From Bigelowiella natans CCMP2755 (Eukaryota; Protista; Cercozoa): DNA of 57,494 nucleotides. This document shows positions 1 through 14,434 of the stretch, in pieces. The stretch spans positions 1 through 57,494 of the forward strand of contig ADNK01001815.1 in the NCBI GenBank assembly GCA_000320545.1, given 5' to 3'. Position 1 is the first letter of the stretch, and every line of letters starts with the position of its first letter. The notes below the pieces were generated by a model, which saw nothing but the letters and a program-made list of their open reading frames with translations, searched no databases and was not told the origin of the DNA. The position numbers were made by a program, and so were the translations under genes.

Positions 1-539
1 CAGCAGGATTTTCCACTACGTAATATGTATCATTGAATCGTCGTGTGTCTCAATCAATCAACAGATGGATAAAAATGGCCATTAAATTTGGTGCGATGAT
101 GGGTGAAATTGAAGCTGCAGAGGATGACTCATTGTGCATGATATCGTAGTAAATCGTACGTTATACCCACTTTCTCTGATGTAGAGTTATTGTGGTCTTC
201 ACTTCGGGACGGGGGGGGAGGGAGGGGGGGGGTTTATCTTACTTTCATATGTGATAACTGGTTATACATATCTATGAAATGCATTATATAACATATGCAT
301 ATAGTGATAATTTTATGTTAAGTACACGTATAATCATGCCATCATGTATTAGAGAAGCTGTGAGCTGTACTTAAACGAGAGGAGGAGTGGGAGGGGTTTG
401 TGGTGGGGGTGGAGGGAGAGGAAACGGAGGGGAACGAGGCCTTTATCCTCCTCCCCGCAAAGTCCTGTAAGCAAGTAGCGTATTAGAGAGGAGGATAAAA
501 CGAATGTACTGAATGAATGCTATGCGTGTGTGTGTATGT

Positions 540-575
<36 letters not shown>

Positions 576-638
576 ATATCGCATATATCACATCAGCATA
601 TGTGTTTATATTTTACTGTGTGTGTGGTGCAACGTCAC

Positions 639-1349
639 CTCGGAGCTGGTTCCTGCTTCGAATCTGCCTCTTGCCCATCGCTCCCCTCTATTGTCTCCTG
701 GGCCGTGTGCGGGTGTATCCTCGAGATGGGGGGGGGTAGCGGGTCTTGAGAGGGAGGATTCTAGAGATCTTGAAAGCTCGTCGATTTTGTCAAGTAGCTG
801 CTGCTTTTCCCTTTGCTGCTCGATTTCAATGCGTTTGATCTGGTTTGTATACGGCACATATATGGTAGAATCCAGACTTAATTTAGTGACTATAAAGGAT
901 CTCATCAGCGTAAAGTGTGCGCGCGCGCACGCGTGTGCGTGTGCGTGTGCGTGTTGTTTGTGTTGTGTCTCATAAATACTATCTGCGTGGAGAAATGCCA
1001 TATAGATGTGAAAAACAAAATCGTCGCCACTCCCTGCCCCCTCCTCCTGCTGCGCTCATCACGACATTGTTGATTAGCAAGCAGCTTATTTGGGTTGGCA
1101 CCTCTTTGTCTTTAGCCTCTAGCTCCATTTCACGTGTTCTTTGTTTACATCAAAGTCATCACAGAGGTCACGGTATGTTGTTTTTAGATTTCCAGAACGG
1201 AAAAGAATGAGCGTGGTGCTTTCTACCTCAAGGCGTGTGTGAGCTCGTATATCTCCTCCCCCTGCGTGAGACAGAAAAGAGAGAACCACGCATCATTCAA
1301 GGAGTGGCTTGTGCAACAATTACGACTGAAACTGCATCTTATTTTATAT

Positions 1350-1392
<43 letters not shown>

Positions 1393-1624
1393 GTGTGTTT
1401 GTGTGTATGTTTCAGAAAGAGAGAGGGAGAGAGAGAGAGAGAGAGAGATTGGAATCGGTAACTATTGGAAGTAGATAGCACCTGTCGGAATAATGCATTC
1501 TCTACTGCAGCAATGCCTGCGAATAATGACCCCACAGCAACCACATACACACACACACACAGGAGGCACGTGAATAAGGTCAATAATTAAGTAACTGTGT
1601 CTTGGAGTGGGGGGGGCAGATGGT

Positions 1625-1674
<50 letters not shown>

Positions 1675-4383
1675 GGTGCGCGGGGGGGTTCGGGGGGAGG
1701 GAAGTTACTGACCATTCTTTGCATCCGTAATTCCCCTCATAATCTGCCAAGGTAAGATGAAAAGCATTAAAACGACTAAATTCTATCATCTATGTATATA
1801 ATAAGCACACTAAAAGCAAATCTAATTAATTTGAGGGCTGTGCTGATCGTGTTTTGCTCATGTTATGGACGACCTGATTTCTCTCGTTTTTTACTCGAGC
1901 CTCTCGAATATCCTGTGAGCTTCCAGAGATTAGGTCCTTCGATGAAATGGCGGCGACTGCTCTAGATACCTCCTCACTGCGTATTATATGTGCATGGTGC
2001 TGTTAGTAGACGTCTCTGTTATTAGAAACTTGATCACAGTCTAGCAATCGTCGTATCGCTATCACAACTCAATCCCCCCTTCCTGCCACAACCAACAATA
2101 CAGCATTTCTATGCACACAAACGAACGTCTTTGTGTCGTTATGATGCGGGAGTCTTAGCCGTATTGGTTGCAGCTTTACTGCTCTTGTTGAGCTTCGCTC
2201 ATCATACTTCGCTCATCATTATCAGTGAATCAATATATATCGGTGTTCTTCTTGTACCTTCTGCCGTCATCAGCGACTTCTGTGATGTTCACTATTTCTC
2301 GGTCCTGAATCCAGAAATTGCGTATGATCAAGCGTTTAGGGGAAAAAACTTAAGAAGAAGATAATAATTAGGCTGAAGATATATGGACAATGGTACGGTA
2401 TTTGTTTTAATACGCCTCATGCTCCTTTTATATTCTCTCGGTTAACAAAAGGGCAGGATTTAACGATACGACCGTGTCTTGCTCCCCGGTAGCTTTCACC
2501 CCACCTTGATTTTCTCCGAATGCAGTCCTGATAACCATCCGCCCACCATCACACAAAAGCACATTCAACACAACGGAAACGGGGGGGGGGGGGCGTAGAG
2601 AATTCGAAAGAACTGTTGGAAAATATGATCTTACCTCAAAATTTCAGCGATATAGGATGGGATTGCAACGGAGAGGCTGTCGCTATAACCGATTATGCCA
2701 CTACTTCCGCTGGGAACCGAGGAGCTTCGAATCTTGTCTTTTCGAGAGCTTGAACTTCCTTTGTTCTGGCCCATTGCATTATTCGTCTCCGCGCTTTGCG
2801 GAGAGTCAGGGGGTGAGGGAGATCGATTCTGGGCGCGAGTAGTGAAGAGAAGGGGGCGTTTTCTGAACCTTCGCCTGAGCGAATGATGCCGGCTATTATC
2901 AGCACACGTTGTGGAACTTAAAAAAAGGACTACTCCAGCTTTCTATACGCCGTGTCTGTGTAAGTTCGTTGTGCATGCTTGTATGTGTGCATAGTACTCA
3001 TTTTCATACTCCTAGAATATAAACAAACCGTGGAATAGCGATTTCCAGAGACTCGCGGAGTGGCTGATCATCACCCCAGCACAGCGTCGCTCCTCGTTGC
3101 CTTTTCGGATGTATTTGTATCCGGCCTATGGCTTCTGTAGCAAAACTTGCCACTACCAGGAATAAAACCAAAGGCAATGGCATCCCCTTAATCCTATGCG
3201 TCCAATGTATGAAGAGGGGAAGGTGGGGGGGGGGGGGGTGGAGGGGGGCTTGCGTTAGATCAGTTCTTGTTCCGAGAGTGGTCAACTTGATATTCAGCCA
3301 AAATGTATGTATTTCTGATGTTAATCACATTAGTTTATCGCACATGCGACAGGAGAAATAATGAAATATTATCAATTACGCCCTCTATTTTTCCCGATGC
3401 TGTGCAATCCGGAAGTAACTTAGTGTTTTATATTCTCCACTTCGAGATCTGATGCCGTATCTCCTCTATTTTTCTTTTGCGACATGGATTTGTCCGTGTC
3501 GAGTTAAGAGCACAAAGAGCAACGCCAAGTTCCTATTATTCAAGAAGTAGGGCAATTTTCTCCTGCGACATTTTTGTTTCTGCTATCCAATAGCATAAAT
3601 CCACAATCTCGTTGGTCTACGAAGTCTACGAAGTCTACGATGCCCATCTCTGCTCCGACCGGCTCACTTGTTGAACAAAGCACACTGTTGTCCACAATGC
3701 TTACTGCAATCCAGCATGCCGTCTGTGTGAAGCAACGATTTCACGTCGAAGCAGACGAGGAATCTCCTTTGTGGAGCCCGTCACGTGGTCGCCCGCTCGC
3801 ATACAAATGTTCAGCACGCTCGCTCTCTGGAACAAGGGCGTTCGTGCAGTGCTGGAACGAGCCCACCCCGACAGTCGGGGGGTTGGTGAACCCCCCCTGA
3901 CAGTCGGTGATTTCGTTGAGGATAGCATCGTTCGAAGTTTGAAGAAGGTTGGGCCTTCAGATTTTGATTTGGTTGTTTAATCCTCTTTGTGGCACATTCT
4001 CATCGCATTAGCAACTTGCTTGTTCAGAACTCCGTCTACGGGAAGACAATGCTTTGCCCTCTTAGAGGTTGGCTGCACCCACCTCAATTACCATTCCTGA
4101 TCTTTGGTAGTACTAGATGACAGGGGCCCGTGCCAATGTATGAGCTACCTTTGTTTTGACCATTTTTTGGCAGACTCTTCCTGTGATTGGACGCTATTCG
4201 AGAAATATGTCATCTTCGGGCTAGATCTTGGGCAGCTGGCGTATCACCTGCTCATGAACTATTTGACTGTACATATTATTAATACGTTCTTAGAACGCAC
4301 ATTCTGCGAGGTGCGTCGATTTAACGTCGTTGAGATCATAATATAAGATATGTCAAAATAAGCAAACCTCACCTTGCTCGCAT
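639..4383 (-). CDS. Multi-exon gene, unknown low-complexity protein with C-terminal coiled coil (3' end unresolved, probably continues below 639)
   Basis: ATG at 4383 followed by a GTGAG donor (MRA|). AG/GT-bounded exons join in phase: ...SLSVAIPSYIAEILR|TAFGENQGGVKATGEQDT, and GEEIYELTHALR|TREMELEAKDKE|IKRIEIEQQREKQQLLDKIDELSRSLES. The exons at 3400-4100 are unresolved and no family was recognised. Confidence 0.6.
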
Positions 4384-4519
4384 GGAAGAACCCTCCGCCC
4401 CTCGACACACAGAAAGCAATATTTTGCTGCTATCGCTGTTGCTAACAATATTAATCTTTGTGCATCATTTCACTCCACCCGAAAAGGCCACAATTGAACC
4501 TTTATTGTATTTCCGTGTT
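4384..4519. promoter_or_regulatory. Probable compact bidirectional promoter
   Basis: About 136 bp separate the divergent inferred ATGs at 4383 (-) and 4520 (+). Inferred from the gene layout only. Confidence 0.35.
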
Positions 4520-6179
4520 ATGGATCAGCTTTCCGATATCAGTAACAACGAGGTTGATGACTATTTCATTTTTTATGGCAGGGACAACTGCTAGCGTGCT
4601 GTGATCCATTTAACTGGTCAATTACCTCACTTTTCCCCTGCTGCGTGTGGTTGTGGGGCCACTTCTTCGCATATATGTATTCTGGTAGTTAAAAGCACAC
4701 ATGCACGCACACACAATATAATATATACATATATATATAATATATATATAATATGGATTATTGGATTATTAGTAGAGCTAGGTTGGCAGAGTAAATGAGG
4801 GAGGTTGGGGGGTGTGCTTTTAGATTGGCTCCTTTTGGAGTGCTGCCTCGACAAGCAATTCCTTTCATCAGTAGCGATACCTGAAGCGGCAGGGAAATTC
4901 CCAAAAACGGAAAAGTTCTTCATCATACAATATGTTGCCCCAACAGGTCATGCATTCTTCCAATCCCCCCCCCCTCTCTCGCAGGTTACAGTTTCGGCAA
5001 GAACTCAACGAAGAACCACATCAACCTCCTTATCTGCCAGTTGGTGTGGTTTTATAGCGAGTATTACACGTACATCGGAACATACCGTGAGGAGGTGTTG
5101 CCACTACCATTACTACTTCTACAACTACTGTTATTACTACTATCTTTCCCTTTTACGCTGGTTTCGAGTATCTGGTAGTGGGTTATGATGCCGATGTGCT
5201 TGCGAGCGCGTGTCGCGTTGTGCACCTTTGTTCACTGTTGAGTAAATTGCGGTCTATGCGTTGTTATGGACATTCAAGGGGTGTTTCCTCCGTTCTCCCC
5301 CCCCCCCCCTCGCCAACAGGTCGAAAGGTATCACATCCACCCAGAGTTTGGACGCCATACGAGCGCGCTTCCATGCGGCAACGTGGTGTACTATAGCACA
5401 TGGGTAGTGTTTGTAGGAGTCGTATTCCTAGTAGTAGTAGCGTGTTTATGATAGATTGATGCAACGAAGTTGAATGCTCTTAGCTATAGAGAGCAATAAT
5501 GTAATTGATGAGGAAGATGAAGCCTACCGCATACACATATCTGAATTATCTAATGATGCGTTCTGGAAGGATATATTGTAAATGTTGCTTTTCTCTCACC
5601 CTCCTCTTCTCTTCTCCCTCCATCCTTTCCCCCCCCCGTTTCCCTTCAACGACAGGTTCCGATATGGGAGGACTATATCTATAATACGCTAGGGCAGATA
5701 AGCGGATATTTGCTGTTTGCATATTATTTAAAGAAGGCCCAGAAAAAGCGCCCTCTTCTGCTGATCTATGATACTGCCTCGCTCTCAGAAAAAAGGAGAC
5801 GGAAAGTGCGTGCTTGCGATATTGCCACTGACTTTGCTGCAGCAGTATATAAATGGTGTTAGTTATCGACAGCGCGATGAGGGAAAATGATGATATACGC
5901 ATTTTCATGTCATCCGAGGACACACGATGATTTCGTCTATTGTGGTTTTCTGGTCTAGCTTGGTACTGTATGTTTCATAGCAACGCTGAGTTACTGTATA
6001 ATTCAAACTTAAAAAGTATGTGTTCTAAAATTGATTCGCTTATGCTCTGCCCTCTCTCCCCCTCTCCTCTATGCAGGTCTAGCACGACGAGCAGGCAAAA
6101 AAACACAAGGCCGGGTAATATCAATATATCCAAGAAAAGGAAAAGAAAGAAATATAATTTTGAATACACGCATATATAA
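4520..6179 (+). CDS. Multi-exon Cys-rich membrane-associated protein, PLAC8-like (divergent)
   Basis: Phase-consistent splicing gives MDQLSDISNNE|GQLLACCDPFNWSITSLFPCCVWLWGHFFAYMYS|VAIPEAAGKFPKTEKFFIIQYVAPT|GYSFGKNSTKNHINLLICQLVWFYSEYYTYIGTYREE|VERYHIHPEFG...YYSTW|VPIWEDYIYNTLGQISGYLLFAYYLKK. The L-x-CC-D...FPCC...G and R..V..Y.I patterns resemble PLAC8. The last exon is ambiguous (stop at 6082 or 6179). Confidence 0.45.
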
Positions 6180-6194
6180 ACCATAATATGTAGA

Positions 6195-6253
<59 letters not shown>

Positions 6254-6269
6254 AAATGTGTATTTATAT

Positions 6270-7300
6270 ATATATGTGTGTGTATGTGTGTCGTTGCTAC
6301 AAATAAATCCACGCAATTGCATGGTTTGTATATCGCAGCCATTGCCAAGCAAAATGCGCATGGGATAAAAGTTACCCAAGTGACGTTGTCGCTGTAACAA
6401 TGCAAACACAGCAGCGATTTGGTACCGCCTCGCCACGAGGATACTCTAGCTACCTAGTGCTGCTTGCATCATACGCACGTTGCAACGATGAATTTTCTTG
6501 CATGACTACATGAGGAAAACATGCTGTGCGCTATGTTTTTGATGCCTAGCAAGCACAAATGTCATTTTTGCGCAAACCACATGTTGGCATGTGCTGGGCT
6601 AACAGGCTAACAGACGCAGACTAGCTCGCACTTAGTTGAGTAGTGTGCACAATGTGAGGCATTCTAGCATTGATCAAAGCTGACTTGCATGCAATGGCCA
6701 CTGTCGGAAGCAAGAAATGAACTTTGTAGCCACAACAGCCCAGTGTGAGCCATGTCCTAGTTGGGTTCTATTCGACTTAAATACACTAATGACGCCAATA
6801 CTGGCAACGGTTTGGGTTCTTTCTTTGTTCTGCATTTTCCCCACCATTGGTTTTGGCATCATCTCGGCTTTGGCTGTGCCTTTTGATTGCAAACCGCAAA
6901 CTAAACTTTTGTCATCGATCGTTGTTTCAACCAGCATCGATTTCTTAAATTTTTTCTTCAATCTTCGCTGCTTGCGGGAGTCACTTTTCTTCATTCTTCT
7001 CACTTGTTCTGCAGTCATGACTTTCCTGTGTGGGTGTTGTTTTGTTTTGGTCTTCAGCTGCTGCCTCCTTTGCTTTCGCTTGCTTCGTCTGGATGTTTCG
7101 ATTTTCCAGGCGTTGGTTTGGTCGGTGATTCGGCACATCGTAATCAGCAGCTTTGCGTTTTGGTTTGTGTTTGATCGACACTTTGTCAGACCGAAACTGT
7201 CGAGTCAACGGCTCGGCTCCGAGGACAAAGAAGAAGGAACGCTCTCCGAATACGATTATGCGCGAGACAGCTCGAGATCATCTCCGACATGACTCTTATC
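6270..7300. other. TpA-depleted intergenic tract (partial), containing decayed coding-like sequence
   Basis: Few TA outside CTA/TAG contexts and an excess of TGCA/CATG. The overlapping 154 and 191 aa ORFs on opposite strands are nearly free of Tyr. Confidence 0.6.
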
Positions 7301-7772
7301 TATTAATCCCGGTATTCCGATGGAGAAGATTATGACCTCATGCTCTTTTTACCATGAGACAATGAAAATCTGGCCATCCTTGTCCAAAATCACGGGTACC
7401 GGTACCGTACGAAGGCGTTCTTTTGCTTTGGTGGAAATGGGCGACATGACTTGTTCGCAGAAGAGCCGCATATGCTTTCTACGACAAATAATTTTGAGCT
7501 TTCAGCCTTGAAAATGGATCCATTTCCGTTGCTGCGTTGCGTTACCGAGTTACCGAGCCGACTCATGGCGGGTACACTGTAGCTGAACTTAGGCAACATT
7601 TTTAGGATATATGGAGAGTAAAAATAAGACCATGAGTTTCAGCCTGTTCATGTTGAACACAGCAATTGCTTCAGTGGTAAAAAAATGGTACTTTGGTTAA
7701 TTTTTTAATTCTGATATATCCTATACTGGTTTCACTTTCGACACGTCCTCTCCCGACAGAGTCAACGTGACG

Positions 7773-8680
7773 ATGAAAGCGCTCGCCCCCCTCCTCTCGT
7801 TCATCACAATTTTAAGGACTGTCCGCGGTCAGCCACCCGTTGTCAAGACCCCTCTCGGTCTTATTCAGGGTGTAAGTACTGATCAGGCTAATGTATTCAG
7901 AGGAATAAGGTAGTAGTAGCTCATTTGTTGGCTGTAGAAACATGATGGCACTTCGATTTGTTAAAGAGCAAAAAACCCCCCCTTTTAGATTCGGGACAGC
8001 TGCGCGCTGGGAACCTCCTCAGCCCGTCAAGGCATGGGGTATGGTCTTTTGAAATTGACAATCATTGTAGAGCTCAAGTTTCGTCCATCCCGAATGGGCA
8101 AAATAGACCGGAAATCTCTGAAAAACTTTGCCACGAAGTCGCAGTGCTGATTGGTTGTTGAATTATGATTCAGACGGAGTTTACAATGCTACAATGGACG
8201 GAGCAGGCTGCCCCCAGCATGTAAGCAGAGACGTTCTCAATTGAGCTTGGGGGGCCGGGGGGGTGGAGGGGGGCGGCAATCATACACCTCAGTTTTATAA
8301 AACTTATAGGAAAGAGTAGCTGTAATGACGTGTACTCGTCATTTGTTCAATCGCTCACGTCCTTGGGACTTCGTTCTCGTGTTATTAGTGTAACTTGCCG
8401 CCAATTACGTGTCCCCCGGTGACCTCGGAGGACTGCTTGATGCTGAACGTTTTTGCGCCAAAATCAGCAAAATCTGGAGATAAATTGCCGGTTTGTTGTT
8501 ATGATGATCATATTCTTAACAACAGAGTATTGCATGCGTGAAAGAATCGCATCAATTTGCTTTCGCGCCTGCATTGCGTTAAACAGCGAAAAGCTAAGCT
8601 CTTATCATCATCAGGTAATGCTGTTTATCCATGGAGGTGCTTTCCATCAAGGTAGAGTCGTCTTCTGATGTATGTAAAAG

Positions 8681-8714
<34 letters not shown>

Positions 8715-8845
8715 CTATCTCCTAAGGATACATCGGAGGCCCTTTGTACACTGGCAACTCGTTCGTACAAGAAAACATCGTCTACGTGGCTATTCAGGTA
8801 GCAGCAGTACCAAGTAGTAACCGCTGTCTTATGATTTTCCATAGC

Positions 8846-8903
<58 letters not shown>

Positions 8904-8986
8904 ACTACTTATGCGTGGATAATCAGTACCGACTTGGAGCTCTAGGATTCTTGAATCGTGGGAAAGATGCGAGCAACATCACAGGT

Positions 8987-9018
<32 letters not shown>

Positions 9019-9161
9019 CCTCCGTCGTCACAGCAGCACGCATATCATCGCCCAAGCTGCAGCATTCAAAGAGCACTCTGCACTACAGCACTAACATGTA
9101 TGCACGCGCGGTGTCATTTTATTTGCAAGATGTTGGAAATGCTGTTCGAGAAAGAAAGGAC

Positions 9162-9200
<39 letters not shown>

Positions 9201-9716
9201 AAACGCACACTCTCACTAAATTCAAATTTTCGTGATAATTATAGGAAACTATGGCTTAATGGATCAGGTTGTTAGCGCTAGCTGTAGCAGCAGCAGCAGC
9301 AGCAGCAGAGCACTGGGACAAAACAAACAAACAGCAGACGTTACTTATTCCCTTCCATGCACAAAAAAACATGTTGTTTTTACGAAGCTCTTCTGTGATT
9401 GAATGATAGGTTCTGGCAATGGAATGGGTGCGCGACAACATCGGTGGGTGATGATGCCCTGCTGTGTGTACCATCGTGAAGAACTTATTCCCTCACATCA
9501 CCAACGCTATGGCAATATAAATACACACTGTGTGCTTCATGCTGCTGCTGGATTTCCATCCCCCCCCAAAACTCACCACCGACTTAGAACAGCCTTTTAA
9601 ATATCAAAATATAAATATAATGTTGTATATACACAGACGCTTTTGGAGGGGATCCTTCTGAAGTGACGATTTTCGGGCAAAGTGCAGGCTCACAGTCGGT
9701 TGCCGCTCATCTCCTG

Positions 9717-9756
<40 letters not shown>

Positions 9757-10061
9757 TATATGTGTGTGCGTGTGTGTGTGTGTGTGTGTGAAAAGTATGC
9801 TTTGACATTGTGTGCGGCATCACAGTTTCATATGCAAACCAACCTTGTAGGAGGGAGCACCAGCGAAGGACTTGTTTAAGAGAGGAGCTCTCTTCTCCTG
9901 CCCCTGGGGAATCCCATTCAGGTAGTAGTTGGGAAGAAAGAGAGGGGGAGGGTTAGAGAGAGAGAGAATGGAGGAGGGATGTGAAGATAAGAGGGATATT
10001 GAAAATGTAGGAGAGTGTTAAGCCTTCAATGCCGCTTTTGTGCAGTCGAATGCACTGGCTT

Positions 10062-10097
<36 letters not shown>

Positions 10098-10147
10098 TCA
10101 TATTTGTAATATATATATATATTGATATATTGATATATGTGCATTTA

Positions 10148-10189
<42 letters not shown>

Positions 10190-10492
10190 GTACGTGTGCG
10201 TGCGTGGCATTTACTAATGCTCGGGACTGAATCGTAGTTATTTCACTCATCGCTCTTTATGTTCTGATTGTTGTTGTTGTTGTTGTTGTTGTGAAGAACC
10301 GAAACCCAGGCAAAATCTCTGGCAAATGCCTTCTCCAAACACGGGGGCTGCAAAGAACTTCTCACCAAGGTATGTTGTGCTCAGGGAGATGATGATGATG
10401 ATGATGATGATGATATTCATGGTGATGACTATGGCATTAGATATATATAACAGCAAATGCCTTCATATCAACCTATATTTAATTGTCTTTCG

Positions 10493-10527
<35 letters not shown>

Positions 10528-10708
10528 TGTGTGTGTATTGTCACAGAACGTTGATAAGTGTCTCATGAACCTCACTTCCGATGAAGTCGTTGGTGCAATG
10601 GTAAGAGCCATTAGCTATAGCAGCAGTACTAGTAGTAGTACTAGTAGTAGTAGTAATAGTAGTAGTAGAAGAAGAAGAAGAAGATACATTCTGGGACGAT
10701 CTTGCTGT

Positions 10709-10772
<64 letters not shown>

Positions 10773-10887
10773 TATGTATCGTTTTGCATCACTTCAGGTG
10801 GCTGCTGAGACCGAGCTCCGCATTGAATTAGCACATATCGTTGAGCTGTTTGAAGCGTAATACAGAACGCCTTTCGTAGTCGCACAC

Positions 10888-10930
<43 letters not shown>

Positions 10931-11092
10931 GTATATGTACATATTAAGTATTTCTCCATGTTATTGCAGGTGGACACCAACACGCGACACGCCAAACGCC
11001 CCTGAGAATCTACTAGATGCGTATCAAGCCGGAAGAGTGCAAGATAAAGGTACACTGCTACTACTACTGCTGCTGCTGCTGCTTTGCCAAAA

Positions 11093-11128
<36 letters not shown>

Positions 11129-11284
11129 GTAGCAATGAGGATGTGCTGGTGAGAGGAAGAAAAGTGAGGAATAGTAGGACAAACATCGTTGGATGTATCT
11201 CTTCCAGCGCAGCGTTAGTTTTTACAATAAGAATCATCGTGTTTTTTTAGAATGTGTGGGATCACACCACACTCACATATGATA

Positions 11285-11332
<48 letters not shown>

Positions 11333-11584
11333 CACATATATTATGTACACGTCTTCTTACATATATACGTGCATGCTGTTTTTAAAAGCGGCTATTCGCG
11401 GTGATACGATGGTGTTTGCACGCACATCTTATCTTAAATGCTTGTTTTTCCCCAGAAATCATCATTGGCTCGGTGCACGATGAGGGAGAGAACTTTGTGT
11501 ATGAAGCTTTCAAGACTCCGGTGTCAAGGTTGTATTTATGATATATATATATAACGTAAATGGACACTATTTCAGTGAGTTTGT

Positions 11585-11616
<32 letters not shown>

Positions 11617-11617
11617 G

Positions 11618-11655
<38 letters not shown>

Positions 11656-11682
11656 CGTAAATGGACCATATTTCAGTGAGTT

Positions 11683-11722
<40 letters not shown>

Positions 11723-11778
11723 AGAAAATAATACGCGTTTTGGGTTGTTTGTCAAAGATTCTTCATAATGAGTACCTG

Positions 11779-11857
<79 letters not shown>

Positions 11858-12395
11858 GCGCGCGCGCGTTCAGTGCGGAAGAGGACTTGCTTCTCGAGTT
11901 CCTTGATCCAAAGCATATTTTCAAGGTGTGTGCCGTACGCAATTGCTTACATTTAAAGATATACCAAATGAGCAATCATGCCGTTCATCAATCAATCCCT
12001 GGGGGGAGGGTTCCCCCTTTTTTGGTTATCAGACATTCGATATGGATCCCCCCCCCCCCCCCCCTCGCCCTCTCTCCGTCATCTCTGCATTCAATCATAT
12101 TTTTCGCAATCGTCGTGGGCAGGTCAAGAACCACTATGCCGTCCCAGGAAAAGATACGCGCGATGCCTTGGTTGGAGTCGCGACCGATGTAATATACCCA
12201 TCTATTTTCCCACCTCACTCACCACTATCTTCGTCGTCTCCTGGGGAGATTTGGGTGGCTAAGTGAGTTTGCTGATTGCTGATTTGCAGGGTCTTTTCAA
12301 GTGCCCCACACGCTATCTCTTCAGCAACCTGGTGAGTATACGCGCCTCTCCTCACACGCCGATTCGATGAAGGAGAGCCTTTACACAATCTTCAT

Positions 12396-12445
<50 letters not shown>

Positions 12446-12567
12446 CACGCGCGCGCGCGCGTGCGTGTGTGTGTGGATTATTATCAAGTTTTACGGTGCA
12501 TTAGAATCATGCTATCTTCATTGCTATAACTGTCTGTGTACCTTTTTTCTTCTTCTTCCTCTGTTTC

Positions 12568-12618
<51 letters not shown>

Positions 12619-13611
12619 TCTCCCCCCCCCCCTCCTTCACTTTTCCTATCTTACTACCACTTATCCAGTCTGCCTCAAAGGAGAAAAAGCACTTTGTGTA
12701 TCACTTTAACCACGTGGCTTCGTTTGGAGACGTAAGTTACCTATAGCGCCATCATCATCGTCGTCATCGTTTTTCACAGATTTATCAAAACACAAATCAA
12801 AATGATATCATCATCACCATCATCATCATCATCATCGTCGTCATCACCGCTAGCACCTTCATTGGCACAGTACCCCACCATCATCAAAACGACAACGCTG
12901 CCTTCCGCATGTGATAGAAAAGTTACCGCACCAAGCCCTTGCTGATGCGAGGCATGGGCGAGCACTAGAAATCATTGCGAAACGCACGCACACACTTCTT
13001 TTTCGAGTTGGGGAAACGTCCTGACTCCTCTTTCACGGCAGGGCCATGATAAGCGACAAGCGAGCGTGAAATCTTGATATACGGTCTATTTTTGTTAGAA
13101 ATTCTGGGGTGATGAAACGGAATGTCTCAACGCGACCTGCCATGGAGGTATACACTCGAAATGCTGTGTTTGAGTGCGCAAGCGCGCGTGTGTGGGTGTG
13201 GGTGTGGGTGTGTGTGTGTGTGTGTGTGTGTGTTTCTGTGTGTTTGTGTTATTTGAATCCCACGGAATATTACACTATATATATATATATATATATATAT
13301 ATTGATATTAATATATATTTATATTATAAATTATATGAGCAGAGCTAGTTATTACCTGTTAGCCAATCTATGCTTGATGACCCAATCACCATCATCATGC
13401 CATCATCTCATTGTAATCATAATTATAATCATTATTATTTTATTCATTATCAGGTGATTTGCCGTTTGACTTCCATCCTGATATCTCCTCTTTAAAAGCC
13501 GTCTACACCGAGGAAGAGAAGGTTGGTATCTACACACACGAGAACAACAACAACAATAACAGCATTACTTTCATGCCTAACTGTCTATTAAGACCGCCCA
13601 AACACACACAT

Positions 13612-13651
<40 letters not shown>

Positions 13652-13986
13652 TATTCACGAATTTGTTTGTGTTGTTGCGTTTTGAAGTCCATGATGGCAG
13701 TGCTACAAGGCTTGCTGATGAGCTTCGCAAAGACAGGCACCCCAGCTTACTCCCCGGGAAACGCTGAGAAATGCCCTGCGCTCACATGGCCGGTAAGTTT
13801 GACTTTTATCATCAACAACCCAATCGGTCCACAGTAAAATAGTGCGCGCCGATGCGGGTGAGTAAAAAGAAGGTACACGATTATGAAAATTGTGCTCTGT
13901 GCAGGCCTTTACTGGTGATACGATGGAAAGCATGTACTTCCAAACCCCGTGTCCTTCAGTCAAGGTCAGTGATGTTGTTTCTATGC

Positions 13987-14067
<81 letters not shown>

Positions 14068-14434
14068 GTCAAACAAAATCACAACGGCGCAACTTGTCGT
14101 TGGTTTACGCTATATCTGGCTACTACCTTCACAGTAGCACGAATGATTGCAAATTATCCGCCGTAACACAGACAACATACTGTTAGTGGGTAGTAGCAAA
14201 TTAACCTGGGGAGGCAAGCAGAGAGCACACAAAATTAGTCGTTCATTGCTTCATAGCACCACACACGCGGAAACTGCACAAAAACCGTCCAATTTGCTCA
14301 CTTCGTCGATATTTCTTCACATGAAAGACACGACACTCTTCATGCCTTTCGTTAATTTTGAGCGCCACTTGCAGGTTAACCCGTATGCCGACACGTGCGA
14401 TTTCTGGGATTCGGTGGGATACGATTTCCGTTGA
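7773..14434 (+). CDS. Secreted type-B carboxylesterase (cholinesterase/COesterase family alpha/beta hydrolase), ~25 exons
   Basis: Signal peptide MKALAPLLSFITILRTVRG, then PVVKTPLGLIQG...VFRGIRFGTAARWEPPQPVKAW, SEDCLMLNVFAP, PVMLFIHGGAFHQG (oxyanion hole), [48 protein letters not shown] (nucleophile Ser ~9681), IIIGSVHDEG (catalytic Glu ~11486), TCHGGDLPFDF (catalytic His ~13141), and the C-terminus CDFWDSVGYDFR*. All junctions are GT-AG and in phase. Confidence 0.95.
11539..11700 (+). repeat. Intronic tandem duplication (~100 bp unit) including microsatellites
   Basis: TGA(TA)n-ACGTAAATGGAC..TATTTCAGTGAGTT(TG)n occurs twice in tandem. Confidence 0.85.

Noticed and set aside
3866-3910. CCCCGACAGTCGGGG palindrome with repeated GACAGTCGG
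   Set aside because: It is short, single, and inside a probable exon, with no support for function.
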